DNA of 63,950 nucleotides, filler included, from Dirinaria sp. TL-2023a (taxonomy: Eukaryota), in the NCBI GenBank assembly GCA_051941275.1. It is 4 parts of 4 records of this genome, joined end to end, with 100 filler letters (N's around TTAATTAATTAA, not from the genome) between each part and the next. Parts side by side here need not be neighbours in the genome. Positions count along the whole stretch, not along the records: positions 1 to 16,221 come from JAVEBF010000501.1; 3 more parts are not named here. The stretch is one strand, 5' to 3'. A program made the translations under genes and the position numbers. Below are positions 1 to 11,503 of the stretch, in pieces; within the stretch, counting starts at the first letter, position 1; each line of letters starts with the position of its first letter. The notes below the pieces were generated by a model, which worked only from the letters and a program-made list of their open reading frames with translations, did no database searches and had not been told where the DNA came from.

Positions 1-9
1 ACGTTGCCA

Positions 10-483
10 CTAAACGCCATTAGAATGAGACAGTTGGGACATGTCCATCCCCATTGAAATGTGAACATCGCTGTATCCAGGGACAAATGTCTTAATCTCA
101 ATCTCGAAGCCTGTTCGCTGCTTTACACGTGCCCTTCTTAAAACGGTGGAAGAAGACCTTCCACGCAGATATTTGATAGCTAACGGAGCTTTCGACCGTA
201 CAGCCTCAAACTGCAAGTCGAAGTTTGCATATAAGACCCCGTTTACAGCTTCCGATCCGCGAAGAAGATACCGACAACGTTGAAGGCGCAGAACAAGCCC
301 GTCGAAGTGGCCATTCGGACTTTCACGCTGATCCAGGTATTGAGATATAATGACCAGCTCATCGAGCCACATGTCGCTTCCTGAGATCTGATGCCGATTC
401 GAAATCTTGCTTGAGCGAAAAGGGTCGGACAAAGATCGTGTAGAGCGGATTAAATTGCTGAATGGCTGAAGTTTTGTGGCCAT
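10..483 (-). pseudogene. Degenerate protein-kinase-like sequence running toward the left contig edge
   Basis: IKYLRGRSSSTVLRRARVKQRTGFEIEIKTF resembles kinase subdomains I-II (LGxGxxxxVxxA...TG..VAIK), and MSQLSHSN resembles subdomain IV (MxxLxHPN). The Gly-loop is degenerate and a stop follows directly. The upstream ORF 527-811 may be part of the same relic. Confidence 0.35.
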
Positions 484-945
484 AGTGAGAAGCTGGAATC
501 GCCTCTATGAGTAATTAATGTATTAATCACATCTCAGCTGCGAGATATCCAGGATGGACCAAGGAATGATGAAGTCGCGAGGTCATGCCCTGATAAGCCA
601 TTTCGGATGCCGAGGAGATTGTGATCGCATCAAACTTAGGACTCGATTGATACGTGTCCTTGCTAGCTGCAAGCGTGTTGGGACCAAGATTCTCCGGATG
701 GAGCCTTGGTAGATAGGTTTCGCCGACAATGGAAGTAGATGCATACAGTCTGTTATAGACGATGCTAGATTTTGCCAGCCCCGTTTGACGGACGCCTGTC
801 CGTGGAGACAAGACATGCTCTCCAGCTCGGTCAATAGCAAATCTAGAAAAGCAGGTAACCTTGTAGTTAACACCTTAGTAGGTTCCATGCGCCCTTTGTA
901 TGGAGCTAATCGGCATAAACGCCGACAATCCACCAAAATATAGTT

Positions 946-3177
946 TTAATGAACGACGATCTTGAAGCTGTCCAGCGTTGTTTCCAGGTTTTTCACATCT
1001 TCATCTGTCATTGTCTTATAAATATCGCCATGCTTGTCAAGCAGATGGCTTTGCAGCTTTTTTCGATCCAGGTATTCTTTCTCGCCTCTTGGGCATCCGT
1101 CGACAGCGCATTGATACCAGGCACTGAAGCACGCCTTTTCCCACCTCTGAGGGTCCTTCAAGGCCCGGGCGCGGCGTCCTTCAACCAGGATTTTGGCACA
1201 CTTTTGGATCTGTTTTTGTACCTCGGCATTTTCGAGATAAAGATTCGTGTTTCTGGTAATCCTATCGATAGTTTTGTTTCGAAATTGGAGCCATTCCGGG
1301 ATGCACGCATCACAAGCCTTTAACGTCTCCGCTTGCAAGGTTGAGCCAGTCGAGTCATCGTTTTCAGCACCCTTTCCGCTACAATTGTCCTTTGCGAACC
1401 AATGCCTCCACTTACCTACGCACTTCCCAAGTCCTACTCGGATCCGAGCGGTTGTGCGCCACTCATCTAGCTTCATTGTGTCAAGCCCGTCCTCAACATT
1501 CAGACGCTCATATACAAAGCGGAACTTCTTCTCCTCCTTCATCATTGCCGTATGCTGTGTCTCGGATTGACTTGCCCACGCTTTCGCAAAGTTGATATAA
1601 TTGATGTACTGCAACCCCCGTAATTTCTTATCTGTCCACTGGCTCATCTTCTTGTTCTTACCAGTGCCAATACTGACTAGGATGCTGATACAGTCATTGG
1701 AATCGTTGTTCATCCTTCGGACCTCGTCATATATTTCTATGCTTGGGTTGTTGGTCTCGCCGAAGCCGCCGTCGAGGTACTTGCGGTGGTCAATCTTTGC
1801 AGGCTTGAAGTATGTTGGGGCTGCTGACGTGGCCCTCGCGACCTCCCAAATAGGGACGTCATGGGCAGGTCCAGGGTTTCTATCCAAGGCCTTTTCCTTG
1901 GGAACTTTGCTTCGATGCAGGTTTTTATAGGTGCGAAACAGGTATGGGCTGCGTACACCGCCGATCTTGGTCTCTTGGTTGGCAACTACAACACTAGAAG
2001 TTGTCAGCATGCTACCAACTGGCTGCACGAACAGATCATACACTCTACACCTATTTTCATCGAAGGCAAAGTTCCGGCCACCGGGAAAATCGGATACTTT
2101 GGGAATCCTCTGCCGGACGACATCTTGAACAACTTCTTGTAACACTCTGTGATTATACTTATCCCTGGGAAAGAAAAAGGGAGGAGGCTGTCGCAGATGA
2201 AACCAACGACTTTGCCCAAAGACCTTCTTTCCCAGTGTCTCATAGTCGCGTATACAATCGTCAATGTTCATGCGCAAGCGCCCAAGCATGATGCTAATGA
2301 GACTGTAAATGTTTAAGTAAAGTGCGGACAAATGGGAGGAGACATAGAGATACGAACCCCCCTGTAGATGTACCAGCCATATAATCAAAGTAATGACAAG
2401 GTAGCCAAGGTGAAGAGTCCGTAACCGGCGCATCGGCATAGTTTGAGCCATTTGATGAATCTGAGTCCGTTGCGGCTGTGACATCGGACGACAACGGATG
2501 GTAGCTAGATTCCGCCGGGCCATCTGATGTGTCTGATGATTGTTTGTAAGATTTTTCTATTTTGCCGATTTCTCTCATCAGTGCCCGAATAATCAGAAGC
2601 GCAGAAAAGCCTCGAATACCGCCGCCATCTATTTTTCAATGGAATGAGCACCATAATAAAGCGATTGATCTCGCAAGCAGTGAGACGTACCCAGTGACAG
2701 AATTGCCTTCTTGTCCCACACCTCAGTCTCATGGAAAGGGACGGAAGCATCCGTATCCATTGTCGAGTTGCGCCTTGGTTTCGCTGAAATACTGCTGCCA
2801 TCGTCGAGTTCGTTCCGCTTGAGATCGTCAGACCTCACGGAGCCTGGCGGTTGCTCCTGCATCAAGACTAGCCCGCATGGCTTTGGAGATTGCCGCGTAG
2901 AGTTATCAACAGTCTGTATAGCCTCGGTGTCATTGACTTTTCTGCCCAAGGGCTCGCTCAAGTCATTGACTCTGATAGGGGGGGCAGATGTTGTTGACGA
3001 AGTGTACTTTATGTGTACGTGCACATCCTGGGAGGTGGTGGTAGTCCCGGTTCGTACGTTGCTGTTTGAAAAACGGTTGTTGGATGAAGCTGGCAGTGAA
3101 TGTGGTGACGACAGTGTAGCCATTGCTCTGTCTCCGCCAGATGCGTAACTTGGTGAAACACTTGGAGAGGCATCCAT
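946..3177 (-). CDS. Patatin-like phospholipase (iPLA2/PNPLA type) with C-terminal C2H2-like zinc-finger motif; 4 exons
   Basis: Splicing out introns 2629-2690 (GTACGT..ATAG), 2303-2357 (GTTCGT..ACAG) and ~1994-2041 (GTATGA..CTAG) gives ILSLDGGGIRG, the nucleophile elbow MAGTSTGG, WEVARATSAAPTYF and the catalytic-Asp motif DGGFG..NNP. The C-terminus contains CAVDGC-x15-HLLDKH. Confidence 0.9.
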
Positions 3178-3615
3178 CCCATGGAACCAGAGGCAAGGTG
3201 GAAAATTTGTGAAATATTCTCAAGTGAACTATTAACAATGTTTTCAGTCTTCAGCCTCACGGATGTGCCTGCATTGCGAAAGCCCTTGCCACTGCCCATA
3301 CTGTTGAAAGCAGAGTCGTATGCAGCGGTGAAAGAGACGGTTGCCATCAACATATCCTATTCAAGGATTAGTGCCTGAGGCAAGGCAGCAGCCAGGAACT
3401 CATAGGTCGTCTTCTCCTGAAAAGCCGTGACGGAGATGAAAGGACTCGGTCGGAGCAGCAGGTTTGGGGCTGATTGAGGGATCTTGAAGCAGCCTAGAGT
3501 GAGGCAGGGCAGGGCAGAGAGTGACGGAGTGATGGAATGATGGAGTGTTCGTGCAACCGGGCCGGGTTTCCATCGAAGAGAACGAGTCGAAGAGAACGAG
3601 AACGCACTCACAGCA

Positions 3616-3616
<1 letters not shown>

Positions 3617-3657
<41 letters not shown>
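3617..3657. repeat. (ATT)n microsatellite
   Basis: About 13 perfect ATT units. Confidence 0.95.
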
Positions 3658-6329
3658 GACCGTACGCTAGAAAACTCATGTTGGAATGGAATCAGACTGA
3701 CCCGGAACTGTCATGCACGTCACCGAAAAGACACTGCCGATCGTCGTGATCGGGTCACACTGCATCGTATCAATGAACCCCCCCGCCCCAACTCCGCCTC
3801 TAAGGCAACCACTGGTCTACTTTCAGCTGGTCGCCTGAAATCGCATCCTCAGACACTTCGAGTGAAGGAAGAGACTCAAGCGGCAGTTAATATTAGAAAC
3901 CACCAAAGTGAGACCACGCGCATGCTGAGTGGGCTGCACGCTCCAAATGGTACGGCTCTGACTCCGAAGTATATATAGGAGACATAATGTCCTCCCCCGC
4001 GCGCACACATCTAAGAGAACCCATTTTGACCTTCATCGTGCTCGTGCAATATCCTTCCTGACACAGACCTGCGTGTCAGACCCTGTTTACTATGTCCCTC
4101 GGCTCCAACGAACCCCAGCCCATTTCTCGGACAGACAGTGGCAGTATCATAGTCTATGATCCTGCCAAGCAAAATCTCTCGGTGTGGAAACGGAAGCGGC
4201 TTGACAGTAGGCATGATAAGGGTCTGTAAAGTGCGTCGTAACCGAGCTAACTCGAACCCAGTGCGACAAGCTATCGAAACAATTCAAGCACCAAGATGGA
4301 GAAATCGCCTTGATATATATGTCAAACGCAGCGATAGTGAGACCGAGCGACTCGCAGCTTCACTGAGTCTCGCTACTCTCGGCTGGGCAACTAACGTCAA
4401 GCGTGCTTTGGGACAGGTCAGCCAGGTATGCGTAATGGAATTACCAGACGAGGGTCCGAAAGCAGTTGGAGGGGCAGAATAAGCCGGAGTGAGACGGTGG
4501 CGAGAACAGATCGCGAGGTAAGTTGAGCTCAAACATGCACCGAAAGTTGACGAATGAGATCCCAGGGAGTAGAACGAAAATTGGTGTTTTGGCCTCGAAG
4601 CCAAGTAAGCAACGTTTGGAGGTAGCGGGTATCATGCTTGGCTTGAGCGTTTCGAATGCACATACATATTGGGCAGCTTCAAATGCTAAAGCATGAAGGA
4701 AAGAAACAGAGTAGAATCCCATAAAAATTTAGCAACGCATTTCACCTACCCAAGATGCGACCTCAGATAAAATAAATTCATTTCTTTGACTGACTTGCGA
4801 CTGTGAATGATATACTTACACATGGATCATCAGACGCCCAGAGTCTTCCGTCAAGCGCGAACGGAGCAGAAAAGGCTTGGATTATTTCGTGACTGACCGC
4901 GAGTCGAGCAGAGTCCCAGTCCGTCAGGCCCTTCTTCGTAGTTGTACTGGAAGATCTCTGAAGGGATTGCTTTGATCTTTGAAACAGCGAGTAGGCGTGT
5001 CCATTAGGGCCTTTCCAGGCCCAAGCCGGGCACTTTGCCGTTGTATGGTCTGGTGATAAATCAGAGTGTCAAAGGCTATTAATAGCAATAGCCATCAATA
5101 ACCTTGTGACGAAAGTGCTAGCGGCCGAGAGCTGCCTCATTTTCCAGAAAGCAGGCTGATACTCGACGGCACGGAGCGGGGCGTAATGAGCAGGCACCAA
5201 TTGTACTCGTGTTTTGCAAAAACCCAGCCCTCTGGGAGTAGGCAACCAGTCACGCTCAAGGTTGCGTTACCAGGAGCTGCAGAATTTGCCACGCACAGTG
5301 GCTATGGAGGGAGGTCTGAGTGTGAGTGCTCTTCTGTTCTGATGGTTCAAAAGAAGATCCAGACTTTCCCTCGACTTTAGGCAGAATTTGTGATTTCGCA
5401 TGGCTCAGTGAGGTGCGAAAGTTGAACACTCACTGGCGAGTCAGTCATTAGCAAGATCCAAATCTGTATTGCTGTTTTCAATGGCAAATGGTAGTAACCA
5501 GGCAGATTTGTTGATGTATGTAAGATTACGTAAGATTACCTGCCCAGAGATCAAATGTTTGATGGGTTTGCACCAGGTTGCCTTATTAGGCTTAGCGTTT
5601 GCTTGGTCGTTCACAAATCGATAAGGTACCTTATCTCTTCACCTACTTTACTTTACGCATGCTCGCATGTACTCCGTACTTTCTCCTCTTTAGATGGTAA
5701 CATAGCTGCGATCATACCTTAGGTATTGGGCTACTACTCTACGGCTACTTTGGCAGTCTGCCGGATTTCAAGTTGTAACGAAGTATACACCTCTTGCACC
5801 CGTACGCAAGTAGTAGCTCGCGTTTCTCACCCTAGTCAGTACATTTACCATTGCCTCATATCCATCCATAGAATCGCAATGGATCAAATTGTTCTTTCAG
5901 GTTTCCTTGTTGAATACCTCGACACAAGCGGTCTGTGGAATATCGGAGAAGGGTTTACACTATTGGACTGCAAGCCCGCCAAAGTCCAGTGGATTTAGTC
6001 GCAAAATTTGCGCAAACATCATTGAACCATACGCATACTTATGTCTACGACGGTCCATCGTCTAGTTTTGGCAAGCATACCTAGATAAGTTATGTCTACT
6101 TAGATAGTGCATAGAGTGCCTCGGGTGCCTCGGGCTGCTTCTAAATCTTGCCGCGTGTGGTCGACGCGCTGTGCGCATCGCATAATCTAACGATCGGAAA
6201 CATAAGGTAGCTCGGGCATATTAAGCCCATAAATCTGTTCATGACGTTCCATACTTGAGGGAACTTCTCCCACATCAACCCCATATTGTTCGAAGAAAAG
6301 ACCAAGAAAGCTTTTGAAATTTGAAAAAC

Positions 6330-7214
6330 ATGCTTGCTCACTATTTTTGTGCATGTCTTTTTATTCTTTATTGCAGCCTAGCTGCAACGCCACCACTGTT
6401 GCAATCACTGAATACTCAAGATATCGTGGTACGCTTAGACACAAACTCGACAAGCCCTGACATCCCTCCTGTTCTGAATGCCCAGAACGGTTCGCGGAGC
6501 GGCGAACCCCTTGTACAGTGTCATGGTGGGCGCTTCGGCACAGATCTTGATATCGCCAGCTGTCAGGAAGTCGTGAACCGCATTGTTCCCTCACCCGTAA
6601 TGGTCACACTCCGTCCACGTCCACGTGGAGGACTACGGCCAGGTCTCCCATACCAGTTGGTTGCTCACGATGGACGCTGTACCGTTAATGTGTACCTGAT
6701 ATCCCCAGCCACCGAGGGACGCGCCACTTGGGCCGACATGGAGCAAGCCGCGCATGCGATCTTTGACAAATGTCTTCCTCGAAGGGGTGGTGTCGCGACG
6801 ACTATCGGTGGTGATAATGAGCTTGCCGTAACGATCCGACCAGCGAATTACCCAAATGTCAGATGTGCGAGCCAAGCGACCGGGTTGCGAACAACCTCAT
6901 GCATCTCCATCGCAGACTCTATGGACGCGGCGGTGGAGACTTTTCGCTTCGGGCCTAGTTCGGATCGGACAGCTGATGTCAAGCTTCCGAAGATTTACTC
7001 CTCGCACGATGATCTATGTTATGTGCGGATTTCAGGCCAAGCAGACACTTCGACTTTTTATCGTTTGTGGATGTCTGTGACGGCTATCCGAGATATGTGT
7101 GTTGTTGATGGGAAGGCTGGGTGGGAGGCTGGACTTGGTACTAATGGCGGACTGAAGGTCGAAGTCTTGCATCATTATCATGGAGAAGAGGATGATGGCA
7201 TCGACCAGGCGTAA
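6330..7214 (+). CDS. Secreted Cys-containing protein with two internally repeated ~125-aa domains (effector-like)
   Basis: ATG at 6330, hydrophobic signal peptide MLAHYFCACLFILYCSLAA, intronless 294 aa. The two repeats have the same 4-Cys spacing: VQC..SC..LP...DGRC.V..TW..A.AIFDKC...GG and VRC..SC..LP...DDLC.V..TF..V.AIRDMC...AG. Confidence 0.8.
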   Translation: MLAHYFCACLFILYCSLAATPPLLQSLNTQDIVVRLDTNSTSPDIPPVLNAQNGSRSGEPLVQCHGGRFGTDLDIASCQEVVNRIVPSPVMVTLRPRPRGGLRPGLPYQLVAHDGRCTVNVYLISPATEGRATWADMEQAAHAIFDKCLPRRGGVATTIGGDNELAVTIRPANYPNVRCASQATGLRTTSCISIADSMDAAVETFRFGPSSDRTADVKLPKIYSSHDDLCYVRISGQADTSTFYRLWMSVTAIRDMCVVDGKAGWEAGLGTNGGLKVEVLHHYHGEEDDGIDQA

Positions 7215-7522
7215 GATAGAGAGATCGATCGAACCGTTTCTCTCTATCGCATGGGATTCACTTGCTGCTCATGACACACGTCATCTCAGGATAGTCCCTC
7301 GTCAGTGAGAATCCAAGATTCAATCCAGGATGGAGTGATTTGATGTCTACGACAGTCCATGCCCACTTGTACCCTACGTATTTTCCTAGGTAGGTATGAG
7401 TGAAAGTAAGTTTCTTGCCACGGCAGAGAGCAGAGACATAAAAGAATGGAAGAGCTGCTCACTTGCACCTCCCCAGCTCGATTCCACAAACGCTCCAGCT
7501 TTCAATTCAACTCATATCCCCC

Positions 7523-7524
<2 letters not shown>

Positions 7525-7556
<32 letters not shown>
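7525..7556. repeat. poly(T) tract
   Basis: 32 consecutive T; a similar run lies at 10449-10478. Confidence 0.95.
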
Positions 7557-7560
<4 letters not shown>

Positions 7561-8379
7561 GCATCCCCAATCCAAACATAATTTTTCCAATTCCAAATCT
7601 TTGTACCATCTACTGTCTAAACGTTGCAACCCGTATGCATCGAAGCGATACATTCCAATCGATAAGATGTCCGACACCGAAGCATCCATCCTTCCAATCG
7701 CTTCATTTCCCGCCTCACTCAGCGAAAGATCTTTCGTTCACGTCAGCCGTTTCTACAATGTTTCGGCCTCACTTATCAGCATGATCGTGGGCTTCAAAAT
7801 GCTTGTCTCCGGCATCCTCCAAAACGAAAGCCTACTCTATCTGACCTGCGTGCTATTATCGTTTGCCTATCCGTCAGCCGGTTTCTGTTCAGCTTATTTC
7901 CAAAAGAAGATAAACGTGGCGATGAATTCCTCCTGTTTTTTTCTTAGCGCTGTACCAGTGCTTTATAAAGCCTCTAAGGGCATTCAGTCATGGGTTGGAT
8001 GGTTGCTGTGGATTGTCGTTATTATGACACTATCGAGGTTACTCATTGGGAGAGTAAGCTGGCCCAAATACTGGATATATCAAGGTATGACACTCTTCTA
8101 TCGCTCCTGATAGAGCTCAGCTAATTATCAATTTAGCTCCGGAGCCAGGGGAAAGACACATAGATGAAGAAATGGGTGCGGTAAGAGAAAGCATGTGGTG
8201 CACGCTGGATTTTGAAGGACGGCACAATTGCTGGTAAAAGGGTACTTTAGTACTGGTTGGGCTCTTGCTTATTACCTTTAACTTATCAAAATATCAGTGT
8301 TTCCACGTCCTCCGTATAGGAGGTAATTTCTAAACACAGTTTAATGCAAAACTACAACTTCATTCTTCCATCCATGAAC

Positions 8380-9307
8380 CCCGCCCAAGCCTCCGCTTTC
8401 AATACAATCAATCCGAGTTCGCAAAAAAAGACTTCTTGCTAGACAGCGTACTCAAAGGAGTTGCAAGAGTTTTTGTTGGCCCTGCCGATCATGAGGAAGT
8501 CGGTACACATTCAAGTGTTCGCCGTGAGCCGCAATGTACAGCCATAGTGAAGGATGGCGTTTGCATATGGATAGATGCCCTCCGAAATCTATCGACTGAC
8601 CCAGCTAGCATGGCTACTATACACATAGTACCTGGCCAGATTTTTTATAAAGACAAGAATCATATCTCGATATGGGACTTATCTCACGCGACACACAAAC
8701 TATACAGTAGCTTAACTCCAGCAGAATTTCGGGGAAGCACCCACGACTGCCCCTCAGGAAGCGCCCAATCAACCGATTTACGGACTTCATGTCCTTGCAC
8801 AGGAAAGATCTGAAAGCGGGACGATCAGGCTCGTGTGTGGATTACATGAAAGCCGATTTGAACGGACTTTGCAGCCAGGTGTTCTCACGGAAGAGATACT
8901 TATGGCAACCGCTCGAGTCCCATGTCCGCAAGCGCACACCTGTTCCGACGAGATAGCCTTGCGCTGCTGGCAAAGAAGGTCAGGGTGGGATTTCGAACGG
9001 AATACCGGACAAGGTCCCTGGTTCGCGTCCTGGAGAGAGCCTTTCCTCTGAGGTTACATGGAATGCATCAGCACCACTTGGTAAGCTGTTGGCAATTGAA
9101 GGCTGTCGAAGTCTGGCCTGGACCGAATTTGATACCTTCTGCCCTTCAGAAATTCTGATACGTTCTGATCAGTGCATGGCTTGCATAACACACTATATAA
9201 AGACCTTTGGGGACCAAGCCAGCTGGGAGCACGTACTCTACTACCGCGAAAAAGTGCATTTCCGGCTCACCAAAGGAAACTTGCGGTGCACCTTTCACAT
9301 TATATGA
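8380..9307 (+). pseudogene. Frameshifted C-terminal remnant of a conserved fungal hypothetical protein
   Basis: Three consecutive protein-like ORFs in different frames (8436-8813 CTAIVKDGVCIWIDALRNLSTDPASMATIHIVPGQI; 8833-9051 LQPGVLTEEILMATARVPC; 9089-9307 ILIRSDQCMAC) read as one protein with two frameshifts, near 8770 and near 9040. Confidence 0.5.
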
Positions 9308-9493
9308 GATGTCAGATGGCAGTATATAAGCGCTTGCGGAGCCGGTATGGTACCGATTATTTTTTTCTACTTGATGTCACCCTCTCCTTCCTGTCGTAGT
9401 GAACAGGCAAAGAACCAGGCGGTAGTTGTTTATTCCTAAGAAGAGGCGTCAGTTCACGGGATAATTCGAGGTCACCTCGGATCAAATGAGGTT

Positions 9494-9820
9494 AGCGGAG
9501 ACAATCACATCTACAACAGGACTTTATATTCCATTCGCAAAGTCCTTCACACTATCTGCTTCTCGGAATTCGCTGGACCCTTAAGACAAAAGCTTGACTA
9601 TATCGTCCCTATCAGTGGCGACCCTTAATTCTTAAGATTCGACCAACGCGTTTCTGCAGTAAAAAAACTTCATTTCGAAAACTAAAAAGCTCAGCGGAGA
9701 ATCACATCACCAGGATTTCCTACCCCATCGTTCGCAACCTGAGTCGGCCAGTGTCTATTTTTCACCTTCCTGTGATCCACTGAAATCTAGGACGAAGATT
9801 GAATATATCTCCATGTCAGT
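9494..9820. repeat. Diverged ~200-bp direct tandem duplication
   Basis: AGCGGAGACAATCACATC..CAGGACTT..TTCGCAA..TAAGACAAAAGCTTGACTATATC..TCAGT (from 9494) versus AGCGGAGAATCACATC..CAGGATTT..TTCGCAA..TAGGACGAAGATTGAATATATC..TCAGT (from 9693). Confidence 0.7.
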
Positions 9821-10446
9821 TTCGAGAGTGTCAAAGTGTTACTTGCAGCTCGAGAGGAAAGCGAAGAAGAAGAAGAAGATGGCGCGAGATCTCTGCTTTA
9901 ATATCGTTTTCGATCCATTCAGCAATTCTTGATTTTTAGATTTCCACAAGACATCATATCAAAAATTTCATACGCTGGATACTTCAAATTACTTAGATCT
10001 ACTCATCTGGCCTCATCATAGCTGTGGGCGCAGATCCCAAATAAGGGGGATTTTTGGGCGGCGGAGGTACCGCCCTGCAAGCCAGCAAGACACGAAAATG
10101 CAACACGGCCAAAAACAAGAACAAATAAAGAATTTCTTCCCATACACGCGCTCTCTCTCCCTCCCTCCCAACTAAACATCCTCTCTTGAAATTTCTTTCC
10201 AATCCAACCCTCCCCCCCAACCTCCACCACAACATTCACCAGCCACCTCCCTTCAAAGACCTTACCTCAGCACACACCCCCTTTTATACATACATTTAAT
10301 AACCGCCTAATATCCCTCCTTATACTGTTCTACCTTACCTTACCTTATGTGTCTATTTCCACATAATACAACATACAATTCCCATTAAATCTCCCAGAAC
10401 TCATCCTGACAAAGCAAACCAATCATATATCTACTATGACAATAAT

Positions 10447-10482
<36 letters not shown>

Positions 10483-10712
10483 ATAACCGATAGATACCTC
10501 CCGTATCATATTAAATATTCGATCACAGAAGAGACGGACCATGTAAGTACTCGTACATTATTTTCCGCTAGATTTCACTAAAGAAATAATGACGTGCAAA
10601 GCGCGAACGACCTCTCTCTCTCTTTTTTCTTTCGACCTTTTTTGATAGAACCCTCTCCTTCACTCGCCTACACAGGCTGACTATTTCTCAAATACGCTTT
10701 GTTTTTTGGCTC

Positions 10713-11112
10713 CCACTGCCGCCACACCACCCTTCTCTACTAGCACACCACCATCCCCCTCTAATCACTCCTCATTATAGCGTGATAATGCATCCGACGT
10801 CTTTAATGCCTCGAGTTTAAGATCCATCGATCTCCCTTACTTTGACAGACAAGAGTGCGAGAGTTTCAAGCAACGAATGATTTTACGAGATGACGATGAA
10901 CTAACTGATTCACCACGAATGTGTGTCATCGTCAAATAGACGAATCGTTAAAGTAGACTGAGGTTGTTAAGGGGGAAAAAAACACTTCTTTTGACACACA
11001 GAGAGAGAGTGAGAGAGTGAGAGAGAGAGAGAGAGAAAGGTATTGATAGATGAAAAACAGTAAGTGAAGGGGGCGGCGTGGGCAGCAAAGTAGAGTGGTG
11101 TGGCGATAGAGA
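10713..11112. repeat. Inverted pair of a dispersed repeat (arms ~10713-10770 and ~11038-11112) enclosing a (GA)n tract
   Basis: CGCCACACCAC..CTCTACT in the left arm is the reverse complement of GTAGAGTGGTGTGGCG in the right arm. The right arm shares an exact 17-mer, AGGTATTGATAGATGAA, with 16370-16386. Confidence 0.6.
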
Positions 11113-11503
11113 TTGTCTTTTTTTTCCCTTTTGCGCATACAAAGCTACCTTTTCTCTCTTTTTTTTTCTGAGAAAATTCTACACATAGAAATGTAACGTA
11201 TGTAAGAATAGCTAGCTTAGAGAAATCGCTTCGAAAGCCGCCAATCCCCATACAATTTTTATGTAAGATACACTATGAGCATAGTAGCCATCGCTGCGCT
11301 GTGCTTGCTACCTTAAGGACTCTATTTCCATACATAAATATGTTACATAAAGGCCAGAACCCAAGCTTCCAGAGCTCGTACTCTCGTATCCGCCAAATCA
11401 AATCAAATCATATGGCAAGCAAAAGCAAGCACGCAACAGAGCCCTCGCTCGGCCGGCTAACTCTAATCTAACTTACCCTTAACCTGTTGCCGCTCGGGAC
11501 TAT

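Noticed and set aside
7559..8110. 183-aa hydrophobic ORF
   Set aside because: No recognisable motif, it begins right after a poly(T) tract, and it cannot be linked convincingly to the downstream relic.
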